Of a DNA stretch of 64,000 nucleotides, positions 20,743 to 30,701 are shown piece by piece. The stretch is from Nitrospirota bacterium (GTDB lineage Bacteria > Nitrospirota > Nitrospiria > Nitrospirales > NS-4), in NCBI GenBank assembly GCA_963788195.1, contig CAWBGA010000013.1, positions 128,001 to 192,000 on the forward strand, in the 5' to 3' direction. The notes beneath the pieces are model-generated. The model saw only the letters and a program-made list of their open reading frames with translations. It was not told the DNA's origin and did no database searches. Made by a program: the position numbers and the translations under genes. Numbering within the stretch: position 1 is the first letter of the stretch; every line of letters begins with the position of its first letter.

Positions 20743-21777
20743 GTGAAGATCGCGGTCGACGCCATGGGAGGCGACCACGCCCCCGCCGCTGAAGTCGAAG
20801 GAGCCGCGCTCGCGGTCCGAGAATACGGCGTCGAGGTGGTGCTGGTCGGCGACGAAATCTTACTCAAGGAAGAACTGCGACGACAGGGACTGCAAGGCAT
20901 CCCCGGCCTTACATTTCATCACGCCTCACAACGGGTCGAGATGCACGAGCAGCCTTCTCAGGTGGTCCGTCGCAAACGAGACTCCTCGATTTGGATCGCC
21001 ACCGAACTAGTCAAAAAGGGCGAGGCCGTCGCGGTAGTCAGCGCCGGCAATACCGGAGCGACCGTGGTGACCACCTTCTTTCTTCTCGGGGTGCTGAACG
21101 GGATTGAACGGCCCGCGATTGCGACGCTGCTTCCCACCCTCCGGGGAGAGATGATTCTGCTGGACGTCGGCGCGAACGTCGATTGCACCGCGGAGAATCT
21201 GACCCAGTTCGCCTTGATGGGGCATGAGTACGCCCTCCATGTGCTGAACAAGGCGCATCCCACTATCGGGCTGTTGAGCATCGGTGAAGAAGATAGCAAG
21301 GGCAACGAAGTCACTAAAGAAACGTTTAAACGACTGAAAGAAATGCCGCTCAACTTTGTCGGCAATGTCGAGGGCCGGGACATTTTTATGCACAAAGCGG
21401 ATGTGGTTGTCTGCGACGGCTTCATCGGAAACGTCGCGCTGAAGATCAGCGAAGGGCTGGCAGAGGCGCTCAAAAAAATCTTGCTGGAGGAGATCGCGGC
21501 GGGCTCGTTTTTGAACCGTCTCGGTTACGCGCTGTTGCGGCCGGCGTTTCATCGATACAAGCGTCGCATGGATTATGCTGAATTCGGCGGCGCCTGCCTC
21601 CTGGGGGTGAACGGTATCTGTATTATCAGTCATGGCCGGTCCTCAGGACGCGCCATTAAGAATGCGATCCGCCTGGCAAAGGAAATTTACGAAGGCGGCG
21701 TCAACGATCATATCCAGTCCCTCTCAAGTACGATCCGGCCTGTCCTGCGCGACCGGCCGAAGGGCAACGAGCAGTGA
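20743..21777 (+). CDS. plsX: Phosphate acyltransferase PlsX
   Basis: IAVDAMGGDHAP, SAGNTGA, LDVGAN, CDGFIGN, HGRS. Confidence 0.96.
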   Translation: MKIAVDAMGGDHAPAAEVEGAALAVREYGVEVVLVGDEILLKEELRRQGLQGIPGLTFHHASQRVEMHEQPSQVVRRKRDSSIWIATELVKKGEAVAVVSAGNTGATVVTTFFLLGVLNGIERPAIATLLPTLRGEMILLDVGANVDCTAENLTQFALMGHEYALHVLNKAHPTIGLLSIGEEDSKGNEVTKETFKRLKEMPLNFVGNVEGRDIFMHKADVVVCDGFIGNVALKISEGLAEALKKILLEEIAAGSFLNRLGYALLRPAFHRYKRRMDYAEFGGACLLGVNGICIISHGRSSGRAIKNAIRLAKEIYEGGVNDHIQSLSSTIRPVLRDRPKGNEQ

Positions 21778-21787
21778 GGATGTTTGG

Positions 21788-22765
21788 ATGAGGGGGCGGA
21801 TTGTAGCGACCGGCTCGGCGCTCCCCACGCGAGTGTTAAGTAACGCCGATATTGCGCGGATGGTGGCGACCTCCGATGAATGGATCCGGGAACGGACCGG
21901 CATTCAGGAGCGCCGCATTGTGGCCGACGGGATCGCCAGCTCAGATCTCGGGACTGAAGCGGCGCAGGTCGCATTGGCCAGAGCCGGGTGGGATCCGGCA
22001 AGCCTGGACCTCATTGTAGTCGCGACATGCACGGCGGACATGCCCTTGCCCTCCACGGCCTGCTTCATCCAAAGGAATCTCAAAGCCTCGCGTGCTTTCG
22101 CGTTCGACCTGGCTGCGGCGTGTTCCGGGTTTTTGTACGGGCTTTCGGTAGCGGATCTCTACGTGCGCTCCGGAACGTGCCGACGCGTCTTGCTTGTCGG
22201 TACGGAGGTGATGTCGACGATTATGGACTGGACGGACCGAAGCACGTGTATTCTGTTCGGCGACGGCGCCGGGGCGGTGCTGATTGAGCCTTGCGACGAT
22301 GATCGCGGAATCCTCTCCACTCATCTGCACTCGGATGGAAACCTTTGGGACCTGGTGTGCGTCGAAGGCGGCGGATCCCGCATGCCCCCTTCACTGAAGA
22401 TGTTGGAGAACCGGCAACATCTCATGAAAATGAAAGGAAACGAAACTTTCAAAGTAGCGGTTAAAACATTGGAGGCGACCGTGCGAGAAGCGCTCGCCGA
22501 GAATCATTTAGATGTGAAGGATGTGGATCTGTTTATCCCTCACCAGGCCAATGTGCGCATCCTCAAGGCGGTTGCGGAGCGGTTGGGGCTTGAGCCGGAG
22601 CGTCTCGTGATCAATATCGAACGGTACGGGAATACCTCCGCGGCCTCGATTCCATTAGCCTTGGATGAAGCGCTTCAAGCGGGGCGGGTCAAACCGGGCA
22701 GCCGGATCCTCATGGCCGCGTTCGGATCCGGTTTAACATGGGCTTCGGCATTGGTGAAATGGTAA
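21788..22765 (+). CDS. fabH: 3-oxoacyl-ACP synthase III
   Basis: WIRERTGI, AACSGF, FGDGAGA, PHQAN, GNTSAAS. Confidence 0.96.
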   Translation: MRGRIVATGSALPTRVLSNADIARMVATSDEWIRERTGIQERRIVADGIASSDLGTEAAQVALARAGWDPASLDLIVVATCTADMPLPSTACFIQRNLKASRAFAFDLAAACSGFLYGLSVADLYVRSGTCRRVLLVGTEVMSTIMDWTDRSTCILFGDGAGAVLIEPCDDDRGILSTHLHSDGNLWDLVCVEGGGSRMPPSLKMLENRQHLMKMKGNETFKVAVKTLEATVREALAENHLDVKDVDLFIPHQANVRILKAVAERLGLEPERLVINIERYGNTSAASIPLALDEALQAGRVKPGSRILMAAFGSGLTWASALVKW

Positions 22766-22770
22766 GGTTG

Positions 22771-22978
22771 GCGGGGCGGGTGCCACGGGAAAAGGACGCG
22801 TCCCACGGGAAAGGCGGCCGTCTGGCGGCCGTGGGGCTGGGTGGGTGAGATAGCGGCCGGGGTGGGCGGGTGAAATAGGGGAAGAAGTCTGTCTTGGCAG
22901 ACTTCAGGGCGGGCGGGTGAAATAGGGGAAAAGAAGTCTGTCTTGGCAGACTTCAGGGCGGGCGGGTGAGATAGGGGG
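22771..22978 (+). repeat. Tandem array of G-tract/hairpin/G-tract elements between fabH and the enoyl reductase gene
   Basis: Units at 22807-22847, 22878-22919 and 22925-22968; GAAGTCTG-TCTTGG-CAGACTTC twice; GGGCGGGTGCCACGGGAAAA shared with 1853. Confidence 0.9.
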
Positions 22979-22983
22979 AAAGC

Positions 22984-23796
22984 GTGAACGAAGGACGGCG
23001 CCAAAAAACAGAATGGGCTCTTATCCTGGGTGCCTCCAGCGGCTTCGGTGAAGCGGCCGCGCTGGAACTTGCCGGTTGCGGGATGAACATCCTCGGCGTG
23101 CATTTAGATAGAAAATCAACCATGGGAAATGTGGAGCGAATTACCGGGGCGATCACTTCGCGAGGACGCGAGGCGCTTTTCTTTAATGTCAATGCGGCGG
23201 ATCCAGAAAAGCGAAGTGAGGTCTTGGACGCCTTCAGTAAACTTCCAAGCGAAGGCGGAGAGCCTGCGCCTATTCGGGTGCTTCTTCATTCGCTGGCCTT
23301 TGGGACTCTCAAGCCATTCGTGGCGGACAGCGAAGAAGAGATGCTGTCGAAGGCGCAGATGGATATGACGCTGGACGTCATGGCGAATACTCTTGTCTAT
23401 TGGACGCAAGACCTGGTCAAAAGGCGGTTGATGGGCGCCGGCGGTCGCGTGTTCGCTATGACAAGCGCAGGGGGGGCCAGGGTCTGGAAAACCTACGGAG
23501 CGGTGTCGGCGGCAAAGTCAGCCCTGGAGTCTCATGTCCGGCAACTGACCTTGGAGCTTGGTCCATTAGGCATCACCGTGAATGCGATCATGGCCGGTGT
23601 GACGGACACACCTGCGCTGCGAAAGATACCCGGCGCGGATCGCATGATCAAAATGGCCTTGGCGAAAAACCCTTCGGGACGGCTGACCACCACGCGCGAT
23701 GTGGCAGATGCCATCGGGTTGTTGTCGGATCCCAAAGCGCAGTGGATCACCGGAAATGTCATTTGCGTTGACGGCGGGGAATTCGTCGTCGATTAA
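22984..23796 (+). CDS. SDR oxidoreductase, probable FabL-like enoyl-ACP reductase
   Basis: GASSGFG, Y-x6-K (YGAVSAAK), TDTPAL; located between fabH and fabD. Confidence 0.75.
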   Translation: MNEGRRQKTEWALILGASSGFGEAAALELAGCGMNILGVHLDRKSTMGNVERITGAITSRGREALFFNVNAADPEKRSEVLDAFSKLPSEGGEPAPIRVLLHSLAFGTLKPFVADSEEEMLSKAQMDMTLDVMANTLVYWTQDLVKRRLMGAGGRVFAMTSAGGARVWKTYGAVSAAKSALESHVRQLTLELGPLGITVNAIMAGVTDTPALRKIPGADRMIKMALAKNPSGRLTTTRDVADAIGLLSDPKAQWITGNVICVDGGEFVVD

Positions 23797-23989
23797 GGGC
23801 AAGAAGAGGAATCTGTCCCCCGGGACAAGGCCCCGTCTCGGCGGGCCGGGGTGTGGTGGGTGAAATGAGATTTCAGGGCGGACGGGTGAGAGGGGCGAAG
23901 GAGTTTGTCTTGGCAAACTCCAGGCTGGGGGAGAAGGCGCTGTCTTGGCAGCGCCAGGGCGGGTTGGGTGTAATGGGTGGGTGTAATGA
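23797..23989 (+). repeat. Array of G-tract/hairpin elements upstream of fabD
   Basis: Hairpins GGAGTTTG-TCTTGG-CAAACTCC (23900-23921) and GGCGCTG-TCTTGG-CAGCGCC (23936-23955); expanded unit at 23808-23874; GGGTGTAATG twice. Confidence 0.88.
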
Positions 23990-24040
23990 GGGGAGTTTTC
24001 AGTTGACAAGCCGCGACCGATTCCCTCATATGTGTACGCG

Positions 24041-24979
24041 ATGAAGCCCCTCCTTGCATGGATATTTCCAGGCCAAGGATCCCAAGCGGTCGGCATGGGC
24101 AAAGCCTTTTATGATCAAGACGCAGAAACCCGTCAGCTGTTCGCAGAGGCAGGCCGGATCGTAGGCTACGATCTTGCCCGACTCTGCTTTGAGGGTCCCC
24201 CGGAACAACTAAACTTAACCGAGCATACACAACCGGCTTTGCTCACGGTCAGTGTCATCGCCTTGCGGATGCTCCAGCGTACCGGTCTGCGGCCCTCGGC
24301 GGTCGCCGGTCACAGTCTCGGGGAATATACCGCATTGGTAGCGGCCGGCGCGCTGGCCTTCGCTGATGCCGTCGATCTTGTTCGAGCGCGCGGCCGGTAC
24401 ATGCAGGATGCCGTGGAAGAGGGGAGGGGCCTTGTCTGCGCGGTTCTCGGAGTCGACCGGAATATCGTTGAAGATGTCTGCCGAGAAGCCTCCTCGCTTG
24501 GGATCGTGGCGCCCGCGAATTTCAATGCTCCCGGTCAAATCGTCATCGCCGGAGAGAAAGCCGCAGTGGAGGAAGCCATACGCCTCGTGAAAACCAAAGG
24601 GTGCCGAAAAGTAATTCCTCTGGCCGTGAGCGTCCCGGTGCATACCAGTCTTATGGCGCCGGCAGCCGAGCGGCTCGCGGGAGACGTCATGCGGGTGCCT
24701 CTCAAGGATCTCGAAGTCCCGATCATTAATAATGCTGATGCCAAACCGCTGATGAAAGCGATGCACGTGCGCCAATCCCTGATCAGGCAACTTGCATCGG
24801 CAGTCTTATGGGAGGATTCCGTACGGGTCTTACAAGATATGGGGGTCAAGACGTTGATCGAGATCGGCCCTGGAACGGTACTATCGGGATTGGCAAAACG
24901 AATTGCTCCCGAGCTGCGGCTGCTGAACGTGCAGGATCCGGCCAGCCTGTCATCCACCGTTGAGGCTCTCGCTGCGTAA
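24041..24979 (+). CDS. fabD: Malonyl-CoA:ACP transacylase
   Basis: FPGQGSQ, TQPAL, GHSLGEY, IGPGTVL. Confidence 0.96.
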   Translation: MKPLLAWIFPGQGSQAVGMGKAFYDQDAETRQLFAEAGRIVGYDLARLCFEGPPEQLNLTEHTQPALLTVSVIALRMLQRTGLRPSAVAGHSLGEYTALVAAGALAFADAVDLVRARGRYMQDAVEEGRGLVCAVLGVDRNIVEDVCREASSLGIVAPANFNAPGQIVIAGEKAAVEEAIRLVKTKGCRKVIPLAVSVPVHTSLMAPAAERLAGDVMRVPLKDLEVPIINNADAKPLMKAMHVRQSLIRQLASAVLWEDSVRVLQDMGVKTLIEIGPGTVLSGLAKRIAPELRLLNVQDPASLSSTVEALAA

Positions 24980-25004
24980 GGCGACTCGCTTCTGAGGGCG
25001 CTTC

Positions 25005-25748
25005 ATGGAACTTGAGGGAAAGGTTGCGATCGTGACCGGCGCCGCCCAGGGGATCGGGCGCGCCATTGCCGAGACTCTCGCCAAGGCGGGGGCCGATGTT
25101 GCCGTGGTGGATCGCGATGTGGCCCATGCCGCGGAGGCTGTCGCAGCAATCACTCGTTTGGGGCGGCGGGGCATTGCGGTCAAGGCCAACGTCGCGGAAT
25201 GGACTGATGTCCAGGACATGGTCGATCAAGTGATCGCCGGGCTTGGGCGCATCGATATCCTTGTCAACAACGCCGGCATCACCCGTGATAGCCTTCTGCT
25301 GCGAATGAAAGAAGAAGATTGGAATATGGTGCTTGATGTGAACTTGACGGGAACCTTCCACGGCACGAAGGCGGTCTTGCCTGTCTTGATGAAACAACGC
25401 GGAGGAGCCATCGTCAACATCGCCTCCGTCGTGGGAGTTATGGGGAATGCCGGGCAGGCCAATTACGCGGCGTCAAAAGCCGCCGTGATCGGACTGACGA
25501 AGACAGTGGCGCGAGAATATGCGAGTCGTGCCGTGACGGTGAACGCGGTTGCGCCGGGATTTATTGATACGGCCATGACGCACGGACTGGTGGGAGACGC
25601 ACGGGAGGCCTTGCTCAAACAGATCCCGCTGGGACGATTGGGAACGCCGAATGATGTCGCAGAGGCCGTGCGATTTTTAGTATCGCCGGCGGCCGCGTAT
25701 ATCACCGGGCACGTTTTGCATGTGAACGGTGGGATGCTCATGGCATGA
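25005..25748 (+). CDS. fabG: 3-oxoacyl-ACP reductase
   Basis: [28 protein letters not shown]. Confidence 0.96.
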   Translation: MELEGKVAIVTGAAQGIGRAIAETLAKAGADVAVVDRDVAHAAEAVAAITRLGRRGIAVKANVAEWTDVQDMVDQVIAGLGRIDILVNNAGITRDSLLLRMKEEDWNMVLDVNLTGTFHGTKAVLPVLMKQRGGAIVNIASVVGVMGNAGQANYAASKAAVIGLTKTVAREYASRAVTVNAVAPGFIDTAMTHGLVGDAREALLKQIPLGRLGTPNDVAEAVRFLVSPAAAYITGHVLHVNGGMLMA

Positions 25749-25789
25749 GCGCGCAAGGCTCGTCCGAATGGGAGGAGGTGGTAGGATCT

Positions 25790-26023
25790 ATGGCAGCAGT
25801 GGAGGAGCGGGTCAAAAAGATTATTGCAGAGCAATTGGGCGTGGAAGACGATGACGTCATCCCCGACGCAAAGTTCGTTGAAGACCTTGGAGCCGATTCG
25901 CTGGATACGGTCGAGCTCGTCATGGCCTTTGAAGAAGCTTTCGATATCGAGATACCCGACGACAAGGCAGAAAAGATCCTGACCGTCCAGGATGCGGTGG
26001 ATTTTATCAAAGAGAACAGCTAG
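25790..26023 (+). CDS. acpP: Acyl carrier protein
   Basis: [22 protein letters not shown]. Confidence 0.97.
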   Translation: MAAVEERVKKIIAEQLGVEDDDVIPDAKFVEDLGADSLDTVELVMAFEEAFDIEIPDDKAEKILTVQDAVDFIKENS

Positions 26024-26043
26024 GCCTCGCCGCATTGTAACGG

Positions 26044-27298
26044 ATGGGCACGGAACTCCTGAAAAGGCGGGTCGTGGTGACAGGGCTTGGGGCCATTACG
26101 CCTCTGGGGATCGGTGTGGAAGCTACCTGGAAAGCGCGTGTGCGAGGGGCGTTCCGGAATTCAGCGGATCACCCGATTCGATGCGTCTGCCCATGATTGC
26201 CAGATCGCCGGTGAAGTCCGGGATTTCAACCCGACCGACTACATCGATAAAAAAGACATCAAAAAGATGGATCTTTTCATTCAATACGCCATGGCGGCGG
26301 GCCAGATGGCGTTTGCCGATTCCGGTGTTCAGATTAATGAGGCGAATGCGGATCGAGTCGGGGTCTACGTTGGGTCGGGTATCGGCGGGCTTGCCTCCAT
26401 TGAGCACTACCACAAGATCCTGCTCGAAAAAGGCCCCAGCCGCGTGTCACCGTTTTTCATTCCCATGGTGATTATTAATATGGCCTCGGGAAATCTTTCC
26501 ATAAGAATCGGCGCAAGAGGGCCGAATTCCTGCGCGGTCACCGCCTGCGCGACCGGCAACAATTGTATTGGAGACGCCTTTCGGATTATCCAACGCGGTG
26601 AGGCGGACGTGATGCTCGCAGGAGGCGCCGAAGCGGCCATTACCCCGGTCTCCGTCGCAGCCTTCGGGGCGGCCCGTGCGCTATCGACCCGCAATGCTGA
26701 TCCCGAACATGCGTGCCGTCCTTTCGATAAGGAGCGCGATGGCTTTGTCCTGGCGGAGGGGGCGGGGGTCGTAGTCCTAGAGGAATTGGAGACGGCGCGA
26801 CGGCGAAAGGCGAGAATCTATGGCGAGGTCGTGGGCTACGGTATGACGGCGGACGCCTACCATATCACGGCGCCTCCGGACGATGGGCGAGGGGCCGTCC
26901 AGTGCATGCGCCGGGCCCTCACGGACGCGGACCTACCGCCCGATGCCATTCAGTACATCAATGCCCACGCGACGTCGACGATGGCCGATCGCATAGAAAC
27001 TGTCGCCATCAAGCAGGTCTTTGGCGAACATTCCCGACGTCTCGCCATCAGCTCCACAAAATCCATGACGGGCCATGCTCTGGGGGCTGCCGGCGGCATT
27101 GAAGCCATCTTCAGCCTGCTCGCGATCAATCGCGATATGCTTCCGCCCACGATCAATCTCGATGTCCCCGACCCGGAGTGCGATTTGGACTACGTCCCCC
27201 ACACCGCCCGCCCGGCACACGTAGACGGCGTCCTCAGCAACTCGTTCGGCTTTGGCGGCGTCAATGCGTGTCTGATCTTTAAGCGATATTCAGCCTGA
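26044..27298 (+). CDS. fabF: 3-oxoacyl-ACP synthase II (+1 frame break near 26136)
   Basis: [15 protein letters not shown] in the upstream frame; [27 protein letters not shown]. Confidence 0.95.
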
Positions 27299-27316
27299 CG
27301 GAAACGGTTTTTCTCT

Positions 27317-27530
27317 GGGGGCAAAGAAGTCTGTCCGGGGCACCCCTTGCCTTCACATGCAAGGGGTCGAAAAGACTTCAGGGCCACGGGAGAAACGAGC
27401 TCGCTTTCGAGCTCGGGGGTGTAATGAAAATCAAGGAACAAGGAAACTACCCCGGCGGCCATAAATAATCATCAGGCCTTCGGGTCGAGCAAGCTCGGCT
27501 TGGCGGGCGGGTGTAATGGCGGGTGAAATG
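27317..27530 (+). repeat. Expanded G-tract/hairpin element with a nested ACCCCTTGC hairpin and GGGTGTAATG motifs
   Basis: Outer stem GAAGTCT (27326)/AGACTTC (27379) encloses ACCCCTTGC..GCAAGGGGT; CGAGCTCG-CTTT-CGAGCTCG at 27396-27415. Confidence 0.75.
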
Positions 27531-27538
27531 GGGCATAC

Positions 27539-27616
27539 AAAGGGGACAGGCAACTTTTTCGCAAAGCGATGTTTGGCCTACCGCATGAACAACTGAAAAA
27601 GTAGCCTGTCCCCTTT
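27539..27616. repeat. GGGGACAG-type inverted-repeat doublet
   Basis: AAAGGGGACAGGCAACTTTTTC ... GAAAAAGTAGCCTGTCCCCTTT (22-bp arms, one mismatch). Confidence 0.9.
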
Positions 27617-27623
27617 TCAACAA

Positions 27624-27715
27624 GGGGCAAGGAAATCTGTCTTGGCAGATTTCAGGGCGGGCGGGTGCGGGGCAAGGAAATCTGTCTTGGCAGATTGAAC
27701 GGGCGGGGCTGGGTG
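27624..27715 (+). repeat. Two tandem G-tract/hairpin/G-tract elements in the rnc leader
   Basis: GGGGCAAGGAAATCTGTCTTGGCAGATT at 27624 and 27669, each followed by three G-tracts. Confidence 0.88.
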
Positions 27716-27721
27716 AATCTG

Positions 27722-28423
27722 ATGGCCGAGGGCATACTTGAGGCGCTGCAGAGCAAGCTAGGGTATCAGTTTAGACGTCCGGAGCTGCTGCTTCAGGCGG
27801 TGACCCACACCTCCTACCTGAACGAATTAGGGCAAACAGGGGATGCCGATAATGAAAGATTGGAGTTCCTTGGGGATGCCGTCTTGAATCTGGTGGTCAG
27901 CGAGTATCTGTTAACGGCTTTCCCCCATGCTACGGAAGGGGAATTATCCAAGCTTCGGGCGCGCCTGGTTAGCGAAGAGACGTTGGCGGGGGTGGCTCGA
28001 CGGCTCCGACTCGGTGATGCGTTGCGTCTGGGTAAAGGTGAAACCATTACTCATGGAAACGATAAGACCTCTATTCTCGCGGACGCTTTTGAAGCTGTTC
28101 TCGCGAGCGTCTATCTTGACGGAGGGTTTCAGGCAGCCGCCGCATGTGTTAAGGTGAATTTGACCGAAGAGCTGGCTTCGTGTGATCAACGAGTCCCTGG
28201 TCGGGGCGACTTTAAGACTGATCTTCAGGAACTCTGCCAACGTCGCTTTGAAACTTTACCTCAATACCGGCCGATGGCGGAGTCAGGTCCGGATCACGAG
28301 AAAACGTTCGAGGTCGAAGTTCTGATTCGCGGAGTCCGATACGGCCTCGGTAGTGGAAGAAGTAAAAAAGAAGCCGAGCAGATGGCGGCTCAGCACGCCT
28401 TGGAACGTCTGAGCGCCGGGTAG
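27722..28423 (+). CDS. rnc: Ribonuclease III
   Basis: [12 protein letters not shown] signature, ADAFEA, dsRBD with [11 protein letters not shown]. Confidence 0.96.
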   Translation: MAEGILEALQSKLGYQFRRPELLLQAVTHTSYLNELGQTGDADNERLEFLGDAVLNLVVSEYLLTAFPHATEGELSKLRARLVSEETLAGVARRLRLGDALRLGKGETITHGNDKTSILADAFEAVLASVYLDGGFQAAAACVKVNLTEELASCDQRVPGRGDFKTDLQELCQRRFETLPQYRPMAESGPDHEKTFEVEVLIRGVRYGLGSGRSKKEAEQMAAQHALERLSAG

Positions 28424-28431
28424 GAGGAACT

Positions 28432-29017
28432 ATGCGACATGGGCTGAGTGGTATTGTTTGTATGTTCTTGTTGGGATCGATCGCGCCTGTATGGGCCGCG
28501 GACGTCCCAAAATCGAAAGGAGTGCAGATGCAGCCGCAGGCGATCATTAAGACGAAGTTTGGAGAAATGGAGATCCGGTTCTTTCCGGATGTGGCCCCCA
28601 AGCATGTTGAGAATTTTATCGGGCTTGCGAAGTCAAAATTCTACGACGGTACGATCTTTCATCGGGTGATTCCCGGATTCATGATTCAGGGAGGCGATCC
28701 CAATACCAAGGATCCGAACAAGACCAGCGAGTACGGTATGGGCGGGCCCTCCAGGAGCAAAGTTAAAGGCAGAGTTTAATGACAAGCCCCATAAACGGGG
28801 AGTGGTGTCAATGGCGCGTTCCGGGCACCCCGATAGCGCCGGCTCTCAGTTCTTTATCGTGGTGAAGGACTCTCACCAACTGGACAAGCAATACACTGCG
28901 TTTGGAGAGGTCATCAAAGGCATGGAGGTGGCGGACCAAATCGTCAACTCGCCTCGTGGAGCGAACGACCTTCCGAAAGAGCGCATTGAGATGACCGTCA
29001 CCATCGTTGAGAAATAA
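28432..29017 (+). CDS. Exported cyclophilin-type peptidyl-prolyl isomerase (+1 frame break near 28750)
   Basis: Signal peptide, [15 protein letters not shown], then [13 protein letters not shown] in the next frame. Confidence 0.9.
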
Positions 29018-29603
29018 CCGATTGTCGTTGCTGCCTCGACCCGGGCTTGCCAGGGCTCCTATACTCGCTGTGTTTCTGGCCCTGCAGCTTCCCTTGGCGG
29101 TGTCCGCGGCGGGCCCTTCGGTACCCAGCGCACGAGGGGCCGCGCCGGAATTGTCTTCTGTCTCCCCTGCAGGCAAGGCGCCTCGCGCTGTCCTCGACAG
29201 CACTCGAGGTGTCCTGATTATCGAATTGTTCCCCGATGTCGCTCCGAAGACCGTGGCTCGGTTTACCGAGCTAGTCAAAAAGGGATTCTATGACGGCTTG
29301 CCGTTCTACAGGGTGTTGCCGAAGTTTCTCGTGCAGACCGGCGACCCCCTGGCAGACGGCACAGGAGGGTCAGGACGAGTTATTCCAGCGGAATTTAATG
29401 AAAAGAAGCACGTGGCCGGAACCGTCGGAATGGCGAGGAAGCAGGATCCGGACAGCGCCGATAGTCAGTTCTATATAACCCTCGAGCCCCAACCCCTCCT
29501 CGATGGGAAGTACACCGTCTTTGGGCAGGTCATCGAAGGCCTGGAGATTCTCCCGAAAATTCAGGAACGCGATACGGTCCGGAAACTCGCCTTCAAGCCG
29601 TAA
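29007..29603 (+). CDS. Exported cyclophilin-type peptidyl-prolyl isomerase
   Basis: APKTV..F..GFYDG, QTGDP, GMAR..DSADSQFYI, YTVFGQV. Confidence 0.92.
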   Translation: MRNNRLSLLPRPGLARAPILAVFLALQLPLAVSAAGPSVPSARGAAPELSSVSPAGKAPRAVLDSTRGVLIIELFPDVAPKTVARFTELVKKGFYDGLPFYRVLPKFLVQTGDPLADGTGGSGRVIPAEFNEKKHVAGTVGMARKQDPDSADSQFYITLEPQPLLDGKYTVFGQVIEGLEILPKIQERDTVRKLAFKP

Positions 29604-29708
29604 GATCGGGCATTCTAGAATCCCAGGGTCTTGACAATTGAGCCGGCGGACTTACCTTCCCAAAGTAACCAGGACCTTAACGTCCCGGTCCTTTAGAAGG
29701 AGGTTTCC

Positions 29709-30164
29709 ATGAACGCCATGACACGTTGGGATCCATTTAAAGAGCTGGATGAATTGCAAAGCCGCCTGTCCACATTGTTCGGCCGCTCACCGGTTAGGAA
29801 AAACGGCGAGAAGGACGAGTTGATGACGGTGGCGGAATGGGCGCCGCTGGTTGACATTGTCGAAGACGAACACGAATATCTCATCAAGGCTGAGCTTCCG
29901 GAGGTGAAAAAAGAAGAGGTGAAAGTGACGGTGCAGGACGGCGTGCTCTCTCTCGCCGGCGAGCGGAAGTTTGTCAAGGAAGAGAAAGACAAGAAATATC
30001 ACAGGCTGGAGCGAGCGTACGGAAGTTTTGTCCGGACCTTTAGTCTTCCTGAAGATGCCGACGAGAATAAAGTCACGGCAGACTTTAAGGAGGGAATACT
30101 GCAGGTCCATCTGCCGAAGTCCGAGAAGGCACGGCCCAGGAATATCGAAGTCCAAATTGCGTAA
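29709..30164 (+). CDS. Small heat-shock protein (Hsp20)
   Basis: WDPF, PLVDI, ERAYGSFVRTF, GILQVHLPK; AGGAGG RBS. Confidence 0.95.
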   Translation: MNAMTRWDPFKELDELQSRLSTLFGRSPVRKNGEKDELMTVAEWAPLVDIVEDEHEYLIKAELPEVKKEEVKVTVQDGVLSLAGERKFVKEEKDKKYHRLERAYGSFVRTFSLPEDADENKVTADFKEGILQVHLPKSEKARPRNIEVQIA

Positions 30165-30184
30165 GCGACTTGGCGGGGTGAATC

Positions 30185-30212
30185 ACCGGCCGTCATATAG
30201 GCGGCCGGTTTT
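30185..30212 (+). terminator. Probable intrinsic terminator after hsp20
   Basis: ACCGGCCGTC-ATATA-GGCGGCCGGT followed by TTT. Confidence 0.6.
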
Positions 30213-30261
30213 CCGCCCTTGGGGGAGAGGTCCTCGGTCTTGACTACTGTGCCGGTCGTCG

Positions 30262-30606
30262 TCAGGCGGATAAATCATCCTGTGCTTCCGTCGGAGCATC
30301 GCTTGCCGACTCCATCTCTTCCATCATGTCGCCGTCCAAGTCTTCGCCCATTTCACCCGCCATGGTCTTCATCCATCGCGCCATGCTCTGGGGGTCATTT
30401 TCGTCAAGGCCGCCTAGTGCCGCGGGATCTCCTAAGCGTTCCATCCGGCTTTGCTCCGATTTTGGCGTCACGACCCTGGAAATGAGACGCGTGAGGCGAC
30501 TACTGTGACAAAAGCGGCAGGTCCCGAGGGTTGGGTTGCTGATGCTTCTGATAAAGAGGCTCATCTGTTTTTGACAGTCGTCGCAGCGATATTCATAGAT
30601 CGGCAT
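30262..30606 (-). CDS. FmdB-family zinc-ribbon protein
   Basis: MPIYEYRCDDC..CRFC..LISR followed by DENDPQSMARWMK. Confidence 0.85.
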   Translation of the reverse strand: MPIYEYRCDDCQKQMSLFIRSISNPTLGTCRFCHSSRLTRLISRVVTPKSEQSRMERLGDPAALGGLDENDPQSMARWMKTMAGEMGEDLDGDMMEEMESASDAPTEAQDDLSA

Positions 30607-30701
30607 AATACTCCGTAGGCCTCGCTGTCCCTCTCGTGGTAGGATTCTTAGGCGACTTCGTACCGTTGTCGCTATGATAACTCTAGGAGCGCAGCCGAGC
30701 A

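Noticed and set aside
22860..22978. Tandem 48-49-nt repeats as a CRISPR array
   Set aside because: The units are adjacent with no unique spacers, there are only 2-3 copies and no cas genes; they belong to the dispersed hairpin/G-tract family
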